From contig NW_021835999.1 in assembly GCF_006345805.1 (NCBI RefSeq), positions 248,001 to 312,000 on the forward strand: a stretch of 64,000 nucleotides of DNA, read 5' to 3'. The notes under the pieces were generated by a model. It made no database searches. It was not told the DNA's origin and saw only the letters and a program-made list of their open reading frames with translations. The position numbers were made by a program, and so were the translations under genes. Below are positions 42,163 through 55,385 of this stretch, piece after piece (position 1 is the first letter of the stretch; each line of letters opens with the position of its first letter). This DNA comes from Octopus sinensis. Its lineage: Eukaryota.

Positions 42163-42527
42163 TTAGAACTGCATTACTTGACCTTTCTTCTTCTTTTCCC
42201 CGCCCAACTCGAATTTCTTGCATCGTTTGAGAGTTTTTTGTGACTTTTTCTTGCATTTAGTACACTCTGTCTTTAAAACAGGTTTCTTGGTATTTTTCGC
42301 CTAAGTTGTGATTAGAAAATTACTTTTCTACGCAAAATAGGCTTTGTTTGACCACCGAATCCCTGCTGTTTCCTGTCATATCGTCTTCTTCCTTGAGCTG
42401 TCTTTCTCTCTTTTGACTTTTTGTATAAACTCACTTTGTGTGTGGTGTGAGTTTTGCAGTATATGCAACATTTTTTAATTTGTTTGGGGATGTTAACCTA
42501 TTCGACATGCACCACACAACAAACCAT
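42163..42527 (-). CDS. RPL36A: 60S ribosomal protein eL42 (L36a/L44); absent from the ORF track
   Basis: ATG, 27-nt intron, VNIPKQ...[25 protein letters not shown], 23-nt intron, AKNTKK...[22 protein letters not shown]. Confidence 0.95.
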
Positions 42528-42599
42528 CTCGACAACGTGGACGGATAATTATATATATTTATTAATAAATTAAATATAACAATTGTTATTTGATAATAG

Positions 42600-43500
42600 A
42601 ATATATAAATTTCGGATTTTAAACTGGGATTTGAGACTAATGAAGTATCTTTTCGAATCTTTTCCAACGTTTATTATTAAGATATGCGTTGTACAACTTT
42701 AGCTTGAGGTTTGTTTTTGAAGTTTTTGATGATTGCATATCTTTTGCATTTTCTTGTATAACTGCAGAGGCTAAAACTCTCCGGAACATCACAAAGTCAA
42801 TGTCGTCTGCATATAATTTCCTTTGGCATCGATCCTTCGCAGTTTGTTCTGAAACAGAAAATCGCAAACATCAAAAGATATCCGATTAAGAGTTATCAGA
42901 GATAGATGTATTCAGTAGTATCACTGCTCTTTCCTGGTTTATATAAAGGAATTAAAATTCCATCCCCAAGTTTGAAAGGTGAGTTTGTCTCAAATACCAT
43001 ATTGAAAATGTTTGTAATGATGGCTGTCAATTCACTTGGTGCATACTTGATCATTTCTCCGTGTATTTTGTCAGGTCCAGATGCCCTGCTGTTGTTTAAA
43101 TTTTTAATTGCCAAATCAGTCTCCTTTGGTAAGTTCAGACTTCTTGGTGATTTGTCAAAGGGTTCAAAAATCGAGGTATCATTCTTGTTTAAAAGGCTTG
43201 AAAAGTATTCGGCAATAATCCCAATCTTTTCTTTATTATCCAATACATTTCTTCCTTGACTGTCGTGAATACAAATATTCTTAGGTTTCACTCTTCTCTG
43301 CATAAGGCGAACAGCACGAAACATTTTCGTCCGTATCCCAGCCTCTCAATTTCACTGACACTTTCATTATTTTTCTGACATAAATTTCCTTCTTTCTTTT
43401 TTTGATCTCCCTGCCAACACAACTCCTTTCTCTTCTTAGCACGTTATAAGTATCAGGATCTGTGGTAGATTCCATTTTGAGTCTTATTTTCTTCTACGGG
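42600..43500 (-). mobile_element. Deleted RTE-like LINE fragment
   Basis: LNNSRASGPDKIHGEMIKY, GILIPLYKPGK, YADDIDF and KLYNAY; related to the 18691-21431 element. Boundaries approximate. Confidence 0.8.
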
Positions 43501-43940
43501 ACTTAATTTAACATTTCTGTGGTTCTGTGTACGTGCTATTAATAATAATATTCGTAAGATATAAGAACGAGGTCAAATAATTCCGTTTTATTTATCCAAG
43601 TACATCATATATTTTTCCAGGAAACCAACTTGATGATTACATTGCCTGTCCATCCGCTCGTCTAATTAGTTAACATGTCTTGTTTCCATTAATTAACTAT
43701 GATTTTAAATGGCTCAGCAACTCGGAGCTAATGTGTGGCTGTAATATGACTTGGTCTGTTCACGTTCCTACGGGAAGTGTAATAGACGTCGTTTGTTCGA
43801 AGGGCATTTAAAATGAACTCGATAGCTCCGTTTATTGAACAGGCACAAGGGTTTCGGAAATTCTAAATTATATAATATTATTAAAAACATGTCATAGTTG
43901 ATAATAAATAAAGCAATAAAATAGTGTGCAGGTTGTTTGA

Positions 43941-45352
43941 ATGATAGGGGGAGTATATATATTCAACTACAAAGGGGACGTAATAACCGAGCACGTATAC
44001 CGGCAGAACATAAAGTAACAAATGAGACTGACATGACAGGAGGGCACACGCAGACCTATTCCGAGTGAATGTAATCCACTCCCGGCACCCCATAAAGTCC
44101 CCGATTGTGACCATTGGGGGGCTGACGTACTGCTACATCCAGAAATTGGGGTGTTGGCTGATGGCGATAACGAGCGAGAACACGAATGTGGGGATGACAT
44201 TCCAATTCCTGCACAACATAATATCCATTCTGGAACAGTGCATCAGTCCCCTCACTGCTGAGAAATTGGAGTCGAAAATGCACTTCATCACGACCATTCT
44301 GTCGGAGGTGGGGGACAACGGAGTGCCCCAACTGACGGACACGGCCGCCCTCCTGTCCATCCTCGACTACTCCAATCTCAAAATTAATGTGAGTGTGGTG
44401 ATTATGGCAGACGAGGGCAGCCCAGTCCAAACTGACAGTGCAAGTGACGGGGCAGATCGGGTGGAGGAAGAACGACATTGTCCACCGACGACACGAACTG
44501 TTCCTGGACATAAAGGAGCAAGTGCACTGTCTCATGTCCTCCAGTGGTACATCACTCACTCCAACAGGCGATGTGCTGACCAGTCAGGTCATCGGCAGTA
44601 TTCAAATGAAGTCCGCTCTCAGTGGCATGCCCGAATGCTCCCTCGGCATCAACGACAAGATCATCCGCTCTTCCTCCACCAAGAACAGGTCTGTCCTCAC
44701 ACTCACCCTCCAGTGCCAGGAGTAGGAAGTTGGTGGCCATCGACGGGTCCACATTCCACCAGTGTGTCAAACTGTCCAAATACGAGACCGACCAGGCCAT
44801 CACCTTCATCCCCCCCGACGGGACATTCGAACTGATGAGGTAGTCCGTCTCCTCACTCACAGCTACCGCACGACGGTCGACATCAATCTCCCCTTCAAAG
44901 TGACCCCCATTCACCGAGAACTGGACAAGAACACGACGGAAATAACCCTCGTCCTCAAATCGACCTTCCCTGCCAAGAATAATGCCACCAAGATCGTGGT
45001 GTGTCTTCCCCTCTCCAAGAGGACTGTTCGAGTGAATGTGCGGGCAGGGAAGGGCAAGGCCAAGCACAAGCGAGGGGACAATGCCATTTTGTGGAGCATC
45101 AGCAAGATGAATGGAATGCAGGAGTACCACTTGGTGGCCGTCGTGACTGTCATGGAGGACGCCCGCCGAGCCAAGGAGGCCAATCCCAACATCTCCGTGT
45201 CCTTCAAGGTCGAACACGCCTTCTCGGGAATCAAGATCCACTACTTGAGGATATTGGAGTCACGACTAAACTACTCAGAGAGAGACGTCATTAAGTGGGT
45301 CAGGTATCAGACTCGCAATGGCCTTTACGAGATTCGATGTGACTCGATCTGA
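43941..45352 (+). CDS. AP2M1: AP-2 complex subunit mu
   Basis: [65 protein letters not shown] and VIKWVRY. Confidence 0.95.
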
Positions 45353-45576
45353 TATTCTAACACTAATATATTTGGATATATGTCTTCTTATTTGAGACCT
45401 ATTCGAGCATAAATCTGACAGATCCATCTAATTTGTGTTTAAACCATCGACAGTGAGTCACTCATTTGACACTATTTTTGTTTTCATTCCTGGCTACCCT
45501 TCTCATCGTGATCAAAATAATTAAAATATGAATGTTAATTTAATTCACCAAAAAGTAGAAAGTAAGCAAAAATGGA

Positions 45577-47401
45577 TTAATAATCACTTTGTTGAATAGC
45601 CGCATCCTTGACGAAAAAACGGGAGTATTTGCCAAGACGAATGGTCTCAGAAATAGCCATAAAACTGATAGTCTAAAATAGTTGGAGGGTGGGACGATCA
45701 AACAATATAGAATATGATGACAAAATACACGACCATGATGAATACAATTAGAAACTGATAAAAGACATGTCCCTCAGTGTAGTGTCTGATTATATCTACT
45801 ATCAAATAAATGTTGATTCCGATAATGAGTAGGATTAGGGCAGTATAAATCACTTTGGAAATTCTACAAAATAGTAATGAACAATTTACCTGCGGTTGAC
45901 AAATTGTTTGCCCATTATTTTGGGGGAACTGGTGAGAGCAACCACGGGGACCAGAGCGAAGGGAAGTTGAATGCTCATCAGCACATTCAGCAGGTCGTTA
46001 AAGACAGTTAACTTGTCTAATCCCTGGAATAGGGCGACTACAATTGTCGGACCAATTGCGATTATTCGAGTCACCAACAGTCTTTTCCAGGGGTTCCACT
46101 TGATTTTGAGGAATCCCTGGATTGAGTACACAAGACAACCTCCATGACATACTGTCCAGTATATGTTCCCGCCATCGTCGAGGTTTGTCCTGCCGCCAAT
46201 ATGCCCACAGCCCAAATGTAGGTTGTCAAAATTCCGAATTTGCAACCCAGGAAGACAGACTAGTCCATAATCAGCAACAGAAAACCCCGGAATAAATGTT
46301 CATATTCCGGGCGTCGGTCATGTTCTTGAAAATCTGCCCGTCGGGAATATTCCGAGCAATGCATTGGTTGTACTAAAAGTGGGGAACTAACAGAACTATT
46401 TTCTGAGAACTCTCCGCCGAGTCGTAGTAGGCAGACGCAAATGTCGCAACCACAAACAAATTAATCACGAACGAAATGAGCAGCAATGTTGAGCTTTCCA
46501 GGAAGAAAAGGAAATTTGCTTCGCGAATGCTCGAGTCCTTAGACCTATCAATCTCCCGCGTCTACAGTGAGTAGGAGGATGAACCTCTGTGAGGGAGGAG
46601 TGCAAATATATGTTGTGAGGCATGATTACTGCCCCGACAATTCCCACAGCCTGGATGAGGGCATCGTAGCCACAGTTTTTGCAAAGTGGCTCGAACATTC
46701 CTTGAATGATTTGCTCTTGGTTGGGGCCGCTAACAATGTACTGGAGGTAGGGAAAAGAGAATACCAAATATCCGAACATTATTCCCATCAGCAACACCCC
46801 CGAAGCAAACAGAAATTCCAATTTCCTGAATCCGTAGCGGTCCACAAGCAAGAAAATGAAAGTATCGAAAACAGTTATAATAACTCCTGCGTAGAGTGGG
46901 ATTCTAGACATTCCACAAGTCGACTACTTTTGGCGAGAAAGGATATATAAGGCAATCGAAGTCCCGATCACTTCCTGCATGTCCGACCCCACAATGACCA
47001 ATTCCACCATAATCCACGTTGTTATATTCACTGCTTTGGGCAAATATAATCGACAGTTCTGCGCCAAATCCTTTCCAGTCACAACTCCCAGACGGAGAGC
47101 CAGTCGTTGAAGGACTGCACCCAAAATGGTGGAAAACATCAACAGCCACAAAAGCTAGAAATTGCAAAATAGGGACACCTTATATCCCGCCAACGTTCCT
47201 GTTCTCAAATCAGATTCAATGTTTCCCGGGTCGAGGTATGCGATGCTGACCAAAAAACCTGGACCAAGAAAGGCGAAGAATTTTTTGAATGTTATTCCCT
47301 GTATAATTAATTACTAGGAGTGCCTTTTCTTGGGGTACTTTTATTTTTTGGATCAATTCCTGGTCATGAGAAAAATCTTCGGGTGTAATGAGAGGTTCCA
47401 T
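45577..47401 (-). CDS. NRAMP/SLC11 divalent metal transporter
   Basis: [56 protein letters not shown] and [12 protein letters not shown]. Confidence 0.95.
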
Positions 47402-48009
47402 TGTGTTCTTGTTTAAATTGATAAGTAAAAATGTATTTTAAAATTATTATTATTACCAACAAAATATATTTTTTAAATTTATAAAAATTAATATTAAATC
47501 TAAATACCAAAGTCAAGAAGTTTTTTGGTAACAAAAGAAAGTTTTCCGCAATTTGGGATCCACAAGTTTTTGAGTAAAGAATATTCATTATTATTAAGCA
47601 TTTATTTTAAATGACTTCCTAAACCCACAAAATAATTGAAATATCAAATTGTAGTGGATAAAAGTAATTATACGTGAAATCAAAAATTTGGTTTTTTAAT
47701 TAAAGTTGGTTACTAACATTGTTAAGAGGGATGTGAAACAAACACTGATTTAGTTCCTGTTTGAAATATTAGAATCTCTTTTTAGAATAATAAATGATAT
47801 GATTTATTTTAATTTTGAATCATTAAGGTTACAATAAACAATAAATTCAACAGGTTGATTAGAGTGTAATATTGATCAATACAAGATGCCGATTATGTTG
47901 CTCATTCTTCGATTATTATTATTATAGCCGTTCCTCAAGATCGCAACGTAATGTTGAAATCTCGCACTGGCCAGCCACATAAGATCAAGACAGAGAGAGA
48001 ACATGTTAT

Positions 48010-48400
48010 TAGAAACTAACTAATCCAAACGAAAAATGTCAAAGGAAAACAGAATAAGCTAGTTATTAAATACCGGCTCGCAGGACTGAGAGGCAATTCC
48101 CGCGTAAACGGCCAGCGAGATCCTCTGAATAAGGAATATAAATTCCCTGGGATCTGGGTGCACAGACGGCCAAGTTCATTTAGATGAGCAAGCGTTTGGC
48201 CCGAAAACACAGTAAGTCTCAACTGCAATTGCCCAAAAGCAAAATCGTCGGTTCCAGAACAGAAGGGAAACCCGCTCTTTCCAGTGCTTTGTGAATTAGA
48301 TTGTTGATTTCAGTGTGCTGAGGAAATCGGCCGGCACTCATTCTACAAAACAGAGGACGGAGGGGGTCAACTTTAGGGGGTGAGGTCTGCAAACAGGGAG
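48010..48400 (-). mobile_element. Degenerate CRE-like retrotransposon 3' fragment
   Basis: CRMSAGRFPQHTEINNLIHKAL, then sequence closely related to 12530-12744 (ACGCTTGCTCATCT, GGGAATTTATATTCCTTATTCAGAGGATCTCGCTGGC). Boundaries approximate. Confidence 0.75.
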
Positions 48401-48509
48401 GCGATTACAGATACCATTAATTATTTTCAGACAAGAAATCGGCCTCATGCAAAACGGGCAGATACTAATTTTACATGATTTATTTTTAAAGTTCTAAATA
48501 GTAGAGCGA

Positions 48510-49072
48510 AAGACAACGGTTAATTGATAAAGTACTCCCATCTCAACTAAAAAGTTAACATGGAAAAAACTGAGTATATAATAATCAACCGGGAGGCAAA
48601 CAGAACATACGAAAAATGGCGAAACTTCAAAACAGTTGGAACACTTTTCGGAGATAGCCATAATGAGGCAAAAAGAAAAATACTGTCGACTGTTGCACTT
48701 GACGATCTGCGGACCACATGGCTAAGAAACCTCAAGGTTCAAGTAAACTGTGCCATTACAAGCTTTCACAATCTTTCGTTAATGGTATAATATGTTAATC
48801 ACAACTTTTTTCCCTTCAATAATTGTGCTTGCAAAATTTATGGCACCTACATACTGAGTAAGACTCACAATGCTGGCAATGGAATCATATTCCAAAGACA
48901 ACAAATCGGCGTTTCAAGGACATCCACGAACAGCACTGCCTTCTGTCATCTCAAGGAATAAAATAAAACCGCATCTTGGAATAATATGATCAAAAAAGCA
49001 GTCTCATATGGGAGGGAGCCTAATTAGGTTTTCTTTACATTATTTTCCTATGATAGTGGGAATAATAATAAT
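48510..49072 (+). mobile_element. Deleted copy of the RTE-like LINE (3' end with TAA tail)
   Basis: Nucleotide similarity to ~20700-20880 and ~21160-21430 (EKTEYIIINREANRT..., TTACATTAT.TTCCTATGA.AGTG..AATAATAAT). Confidence 0.85.
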
Positions 49073-49098
49073 CTGAATAAATCACGCTTAAGTTGGTG

Positions 49099-49622
49099 AT
49101 GTGTGCGACTAAAGAATATTCACGAGAGCAAGTGAAAGATTTGGTAGAGAACGAAAAACAAAAGTTGCTAATCATCGAAAATCAAGTTTATGACTGTGAA
49201 TCGTATGTTGACCAAGTAAATAATTCAAATAAAAGTGCAGCATCCCGGCGGGTCGTTCATTTTAGAGTCCTACTTTGGTATATATCTCTGAATATAAAAA
49301 GGGACTGACGCCACAAGTAACTTTGAAGACATCGGTCACTCAAAGGACGCCAGAGGAGTCCTCTCTTCTTTAAAAATCGGCGATATTGTGGAGGTATACT
49401 TGTTTATATATAAATAGGATGAACACATTCAGTATCAAGTTCTCTTTTTGTAATAATGCTTAGGCGGAATATGTTTCCAGTACTGTCGTTCAGGTTTTGA
49501 TTTGCTAATATTTTTAGAATATGATGATCAACGTGCCGACTATTATTGCTCTGTCACCATCCCATGTCTAATTCTGTAGAGTTGTGTTATTGGGGGGTCT
49601 ACTCTATTACTTTTACCACTAA
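49099..49622 (+). CDS. Tail-anchored cytochrome b5
   Basis: Spliced VYDCESYVDQHPGG...GTDATSNFEDIGHSKDA with both heme-ligand histidines; hydrophobic tail VPTIIALVVLLGGLLYYFYH*. Confidence 0.88.
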
Positions 49623-50002
49623 ACGAATTGTGCATTTTAAATATTTATTTACGACATATCTTTGTTATAATTACACTCTGTTGTCTGCCTCTGACAGATT
49701 ATTCGACAGTCACTACCCTAAGTCTCGCTCTCTCCACCTATTGGTCTATTTCACTACCCTTCCTCATTTATTATGTGTCGGAATTATGACGGGCTACTTT
49801 ATCCTGCTCCTAGTTGTATTTAAATGTCCTTATTTTGAACACAATTCAACTAATGTTAGGCACTATTGTAATGCACTTGAGGGTGGTTGTTATTGACACA
49901 ATCGATCAATCTGCGCTATTAAATGTATTAATCAAGGGTTAGTTGTTAGTGAGTCCTGAAATACAAATTTAGGTCTTTCTAGTGTTGACAAGTAGGACTA
50001 CC

Positions 50003-50839
50003 TTAGTCACTCGTTTCCAGAATGAGAGGAGCGATGTAGGGAGAGTGACGAATTCCAAAGCTGTATCCTGGGGCGGCCGTTTTCACGAAATTAAGCTGAA
50101 TGGTGGAATATATAAAAGACCTCTTCCTGGTAGTACGTCGCCGGACTGGGCTTCTGAGTTGTGTCCGAAGGCAGGATATTTCGACTCGTCATGCTGTAGA
50201 TTGGAGCCTTGTTTTTGTACATATTTGGACTTATCGTGTTGTACGCTCCTGGCCCCGGAGTCTACACTGAGAGAGGAAAGAATACATTCTGCAAATCCTG
50301 GTGGAATCCTCCGATCTTGCTTTTTGGGGTCATTGAATAAGCGGGTGCCTGTTTGTGCTGACTGGCATGACACTTGCCAAGCACGGAAGGCAGCATGTAA
50401 GCATTGGCACCTGCGGGGTCACCACTTCTGGGGTACCGGGAGTTATGTCACTGTTCTTGTCAGATCGCTTCAGTCCAAAGGAGTAGGCGGGGGAGGAACG
50501 ATATGTTTTACTATTCTTTTCCGGAGCATAGAGACCGGGTCCCGGGGTTTTGTCGGATGCCCATTCCTTTGATCGAGAAGAAAGCGAGAATTTAGGAATT
50601 CCATCCTTGCCCGTCCTTAATATGGAAGGATCGGGGTAATAACACGGTCCCGGACTGCACGACTGAGTCGTTTTTGAATATTTCCCAGAAAAACTATAAC
50701 ACGGAGCTTTCGTGTGGACACTTTGGAAGTCGTGTTTGTCAACTCCGAGTAGGGTCGGGAGGGGATATTTCGGTCCCGGACTCGGAAACATGGCGGCAAT
50801 TGGTCCGCGAGGCACCGTCGGTTTATACTCTGATCCCAT
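50003..50839 (-). CDS. ODF3: ODF3/CIMAP1 (SHIPPO/STPG-repeat) ciliary protein
   Basis: PRGPIAAMFPSPGPKYPLP, repeated (S/T)PGP..Y and PAYSFG motifs, ending GYSFGIRHSPY. Confidence 0.9.
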
Positions 50840-51162
50840 TTGATTGTTTGCGGCTCTTCAAATGGTGTATTTAATTTGTTGGCATAGAAATCGTTTTTCA
50901 CGTGTTGCCATGCAGTCCAAGAAATACTGCGGTCTCGGTCGATCAGCACATTTAGTACACTCCACGACAGTTCTCTAGAAGGACCGTTTCTAATTGGTCA
51001 TGAAATTAGTCTTCCATTTAAATGATCACAATGAAAGACATTATTTTGATCGCGTCATAAAACACAATACGAAACCGAGAACTATTTGAGTATAAATTTT
51101 GTCCTGTTACAAGTAGAGAACTCAACTATTTATGAATACTTTATTTATAAAACCAATAAAAA

Positions 51163-52556
51163 TCAAAAAAGAGAGTCCTGCAGCACATTCTCGACTTGAG
51201 TTGGTTTATCTGGAGTAACAAACAGTGTCTACCTGCCAATACCCTTCGAATATCTGCCAATACAATTTCCCTTATGCGGAAAACGGCTCCCTCACTCAAC
51301 CACCCATCCTGAAAAGTACATTCCCTCTCCTACTCGTCGTCTCGCTACACCAACCTCCCCGTCGTTTTGGTGGAGAATAGTCCTGACCTCATCAATCTCG
51401 ATCGAATGGACGTAGAACAGCGAATTGTAGTATGAGGGAAGCACGCCAGGAATATATTTCGAAGCCACCCGGGGAGGTGTGTACGACTTGCCCTCCTCGG
51501 CCTCCAAGGCCACCGAATCGACTCCCTCCCGAGTCGACGTGATGAAGATTGGTCTGAGTGAGTCCCGCAAAAGAGAAAAGTTTCCGCGAGTTATGCTGGG
51601 AGGTGGATCCGGGTAGTCCACTGCAATGTCCCGTCAAATTATACGTTTAGAAGAACGGATTTCCACGAGTTGGTAGGACTTGGCCACGGGGTTGGTGGTC
51701 GGGTCAAACCCAATCTTCACCCAGAGAGTCCTCCAAGGGCCATTCCGATATGTGTAGGCGAACACTGAGATGTATCTCTTGAATATGTGGATCTTGATGA
51801 GTCCCCGTGCCATAATCTCCGACGATGACCAAATCACTTTTTCTTCAAAGCACTGAAGTGAACTCTAACAATCCACCTTTTCGAATTCTCTGTACAAATG
51901 TGGCAGTTTAGTCTTGAAATTGTTGCAAATCTGTTGGTTGGGGGCTTGTTTAGGCACTTTGTCCCCGAAATAGAAGATGTACTTGGAGGGCGTGGAGTAC
52001 TCTGCTAAGTCAGTCAAATTCTCACTCTTAGTTTTATTCTCGTAGCGATAGGCGTAGTCCAATGATCTTTCGAGGCGGAAGAAAGTCAGCGGCTGCATGA
52101 AGAGAGGTTGGGGCTTCGTCAACATCGTCTTCAGGTCCACACTATCCATTTTCAGCACGTTTTGGAGGAGGAGTATCCTTCGGGCTTCGTTCTCTCGACT
52201 GGGAGGTAACTAAAGTCGGCCAATCCTTCGAAACAAAAGAAATTCCGTGATTTCCCCACACATTCCACGGAAATGCAATCTCCACGTGAGGAGGCACGGA
52301 AAACGAAAACGTGGCGTTCCTTTTTAGTCCCGATTACTGGTTTGGAATACACGTCGTGGGGACGGAAGTTGAGTGTTGGGTAGGCCTCCGAATGGGTCAA
52401 TGCCTTACGTGTACTACAAGTGGTTACTTTTGTTAGGGTCTCAGTCCCCCCCAACATTCCGATTGCTTTGTCGGGAGACTTGACTATTGCTGGGAATTCA
52501 ATGCACAACAAGTCATCCGTATTTTTAATTGAAAGATCATGTTTAAACATACTCAT
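51163..52556 (-). CDS. GTF3C5: TFIIIC subunit 5 (Tau95)
   Basis: CIEFPAIVKSPDKAIGMLGG, LNFRPHDVYSKP, FEGLADFSYLP and GPWRTLWVKIGFDP. One unresolved frame change near 52160. Confidence 0.88.
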
Positions 52557-52655
52557 TTTTCAGATCAACAATACTTTATTATATTTATAATCAAAAATAT
52601 GATTTGTTTTAAAATTAATTCCTTATTAAGTAAATCGTTTATTTTACTCGTATAG

Positions 52656-53900
52656 ATGGGGTCATCTTATGCGGTGACTTCAAGCGATCACAACCCGATA
52701 ACGGTGAAGATCAAAAGAGAAGTTGTCACCAGGAAAGTTCCAATTCCATACAATTACAAAGCGGCCATTCTGGAAGCAAGAGCAATGGCTATTCCTAAAC
52801 GTCCACCTCACGCTGCTTGTAGTCGAAGGATATCCGGTCTGGCGAAGGAGAGAAATCGCCTCAAAAAGTTAAACCGAATGTCTTCTGACATAATTACCCG
52901 CATCCGATATTTAAACAAGGAATTGAAGACCAGTGAACACAGGCACACCTATTTTAAATGGAATCGCATTCTTTCTACCGTGAACCGTAATCGAAGTGTG
53001 GAAAGCCATTCGGCACGTGGCCAGGGGGGACGCTCCCGAACCTTTCGAAGATTTTGATAAAAAAGACGTGAACAACCTCATGAATTTCTATGCGAAAAAT
53101 GCACACAAAGAGTACAGGAAATCCGACTCACTCCCCTCCAACAGAAGCCTAAAAAAACGGGCTGAACCGCTCCTCCTCTCGGTAAAGGAGGTGGAAGATA
53201 CCTTGCACTCAACAAAATCTTCGTATTCTCACGGCCCGGACAAAATCCCGGTCATTCTATTAAAAAACCTTGGTGTCGAAGGTGTCAGATTCCTAACATC
53301 CATTTTCAACTATTCAATCAACAACAACGTGATTCCGTCAATATGGAAACAGGCCCTAATAAGGCCGATACTAAGCCTGGAAGACCAAGAGGGGACCCGG
53401 CATCTTTCAGGCCGATTTCCCTGTTATGTTCGATGTCAAAAATCCTGGAAAGACTGGTTCTTGGCAGAATAGAGGATTTCTTACCTGAAAGACATTTTCA
53501 ACATGGGTTTAAGAAGGCCAAGTCCACGTCTTCGTGCCTCCAATCCTTGTCTAACTTCATTTGTACCGGTTTTGCCAGCAAACCGAGGCACCAAAAGACA
53601 GTGCTCTGCTCCGTCGACATCCATAAAGCCTTCGATTCCGTCTCGAGGAAGCTCCTCTCAAGGAAGATATTCCAATCCGACTTTCCTCTGAAACTAACAA
53701 TATGGATTACCAACTTCCTAAGTGGACGAAGGGGAAGGGTGTGCCTCGGTGGTCTGAAGTCCAAATCTCGTCTTCTACCCAACGGAGTACCTCAGGGATC
53801 CCCCTTATCCCCGGCCCTCTTCAACCTATTTTTGGAAGACCTCTCTCCCTCGACAACAATGACATTGTTCTCTCATACGCGGACGACATCGTACTATAGG
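52656..53900 (+). mobile_element. Truncated, frameshifted non-LTR retrotransposon (jockey/I-like RT)
   Basis: SDHNPI (end of APE), SHGPDKI, SFRPISLL, QHGFK, DIHKAFDSV, GVPQGSPLSP; ends just after YADD. Confidence 0.85.
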
Positions 53901-55385
53901 GTACTTTGCAATATTTACTTCAAATCAGCTCTCTATATAGGGTCGGACACTTTCTTTGATCGTCAGAAGATCCACGTATTTTGAAGAACGTAAAGACAAT
54001 TTTATCGCGAAGAAATAAGTAAAATATTCACTTTAGGCTAGTGAATTAATTTTAATTCATTCACTAGAATGTCATATTTATACAGTTTTCACGCTTGCAC
54101 ATATTATCTTTTGAAACAACTCCCACGTCAATAATCCATATTAAATTCTCTTCTTTGTTGTAAAAGAATATACCAGCCTTGTTTTATTGATTTTCAGCAT
54201 ATTAAAAATTTTTATTAGCCCATATTTCAGCAAAGCAATTTGACATAATAAATACAAGAAATTAATGCATCCAAAAACTTACGAAATGATTCAATGAAAA
54301 ACTAAAAGAAAATGTCAATAGTTAGCAAATAAAATATAATTCAAATTTGTTACTTTTATTAGGAGCAGTGACATTCTATTTTAAACCCAAATCAAATGAT
54401 AAATTAAATTTTTAGGGTGCCCTAAACTGCGTAGTCTTTAACAATCTTTCTCCCTTTTCTAACTGTCAATAAATTAACTTATTTTTTACTTAAAAATCAA
54501 ATGATTGAATATTAATTTAAAATAACATTTATTACAGCAGGAGTCTTAATCAACAGAATTAAATGAGTAAATTAAACGTCACATAGAACATTAAACAAAT
54601 TTACACGACGTATATATATTGACTCTTTGATAATGCGACACTGGTTGATGAGTATGAAATAAAAGACCGGACATGGCACAGTACTGCTAAATAAGTTAGT
54701 TAGTTAATGCAAGTTCGCGTTGCCAGTAAACAAAGTTTATGGTTTCGCTTGTGCCATGTTTTTAACTATTCTTGTCGTTAGCCCCTTCCATCCCTTCCGT
54801 CGTCTTGCCCTCTTTCCGATTTCGTCCAGATCGTCTGCATCCTTCAATCGCCCTCCGATCAAATATACTGCTAAATAAAGACACCGGAATCATCAAAATA
54901 TTCTATAATAAGAAGAAATCAATCTCGAAGCGATATCCTCAGTTGATGATTCCCAATGATTGTGCCGAGTTTTTTGCAAAACAGATCCTCATATATACCA
55001 AGTCCACTAAGAGATCTGGACTGGTCGGAATCTTCGCGTACGAGACCTTGTGTTTTGAAGCAGGGATCCCTCCCTCAGTATGGAAATGAACTCTACATTT
55101 CAACAAACATTAAAGATGCTTTTGAATTTGTTTTTCTACATAAAGTCTCAAAGGACTCAAATTCAAGATGACTTTCCTCCAATTTCAGGTAATCAATTTA
55201 TTGCATGCTTTTTTCCATTTATATTTTGGTAATCTATAAGGAAAGAATAAATTGATTGAAAAAGACTTGTAAAAATTTGGCATAATTTGAGTTAGAATCA
55301 AATAAAAAACATTTATTAAGTAACACAGGTGATATAAGATAAGTGGAAAAACTAAAGAAATTTCCGAATATAAGCATCAGCAAAC

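Noticed and set aside
44056-45241. Long antisense ORFs over AP2M1 (similar ones over GLUL, U2SURP and the LINEs)
   Set aside because: Shadow ORFs of GC-rich coding sequence.
49553-49579. Apparent in-frame TAG in the cytochrome b5 tail (readthrough or alternative genetic code)
   Set aside because: Explained by a 27-nt GT-AG intron; genes elsewhere end in TAA, TAG and TGA normally.
54772-55171. Plus-strand ORFs downstream of GCN1
   Set aside because: Probably decayed LINE sequence, but similarity is too weak to call.
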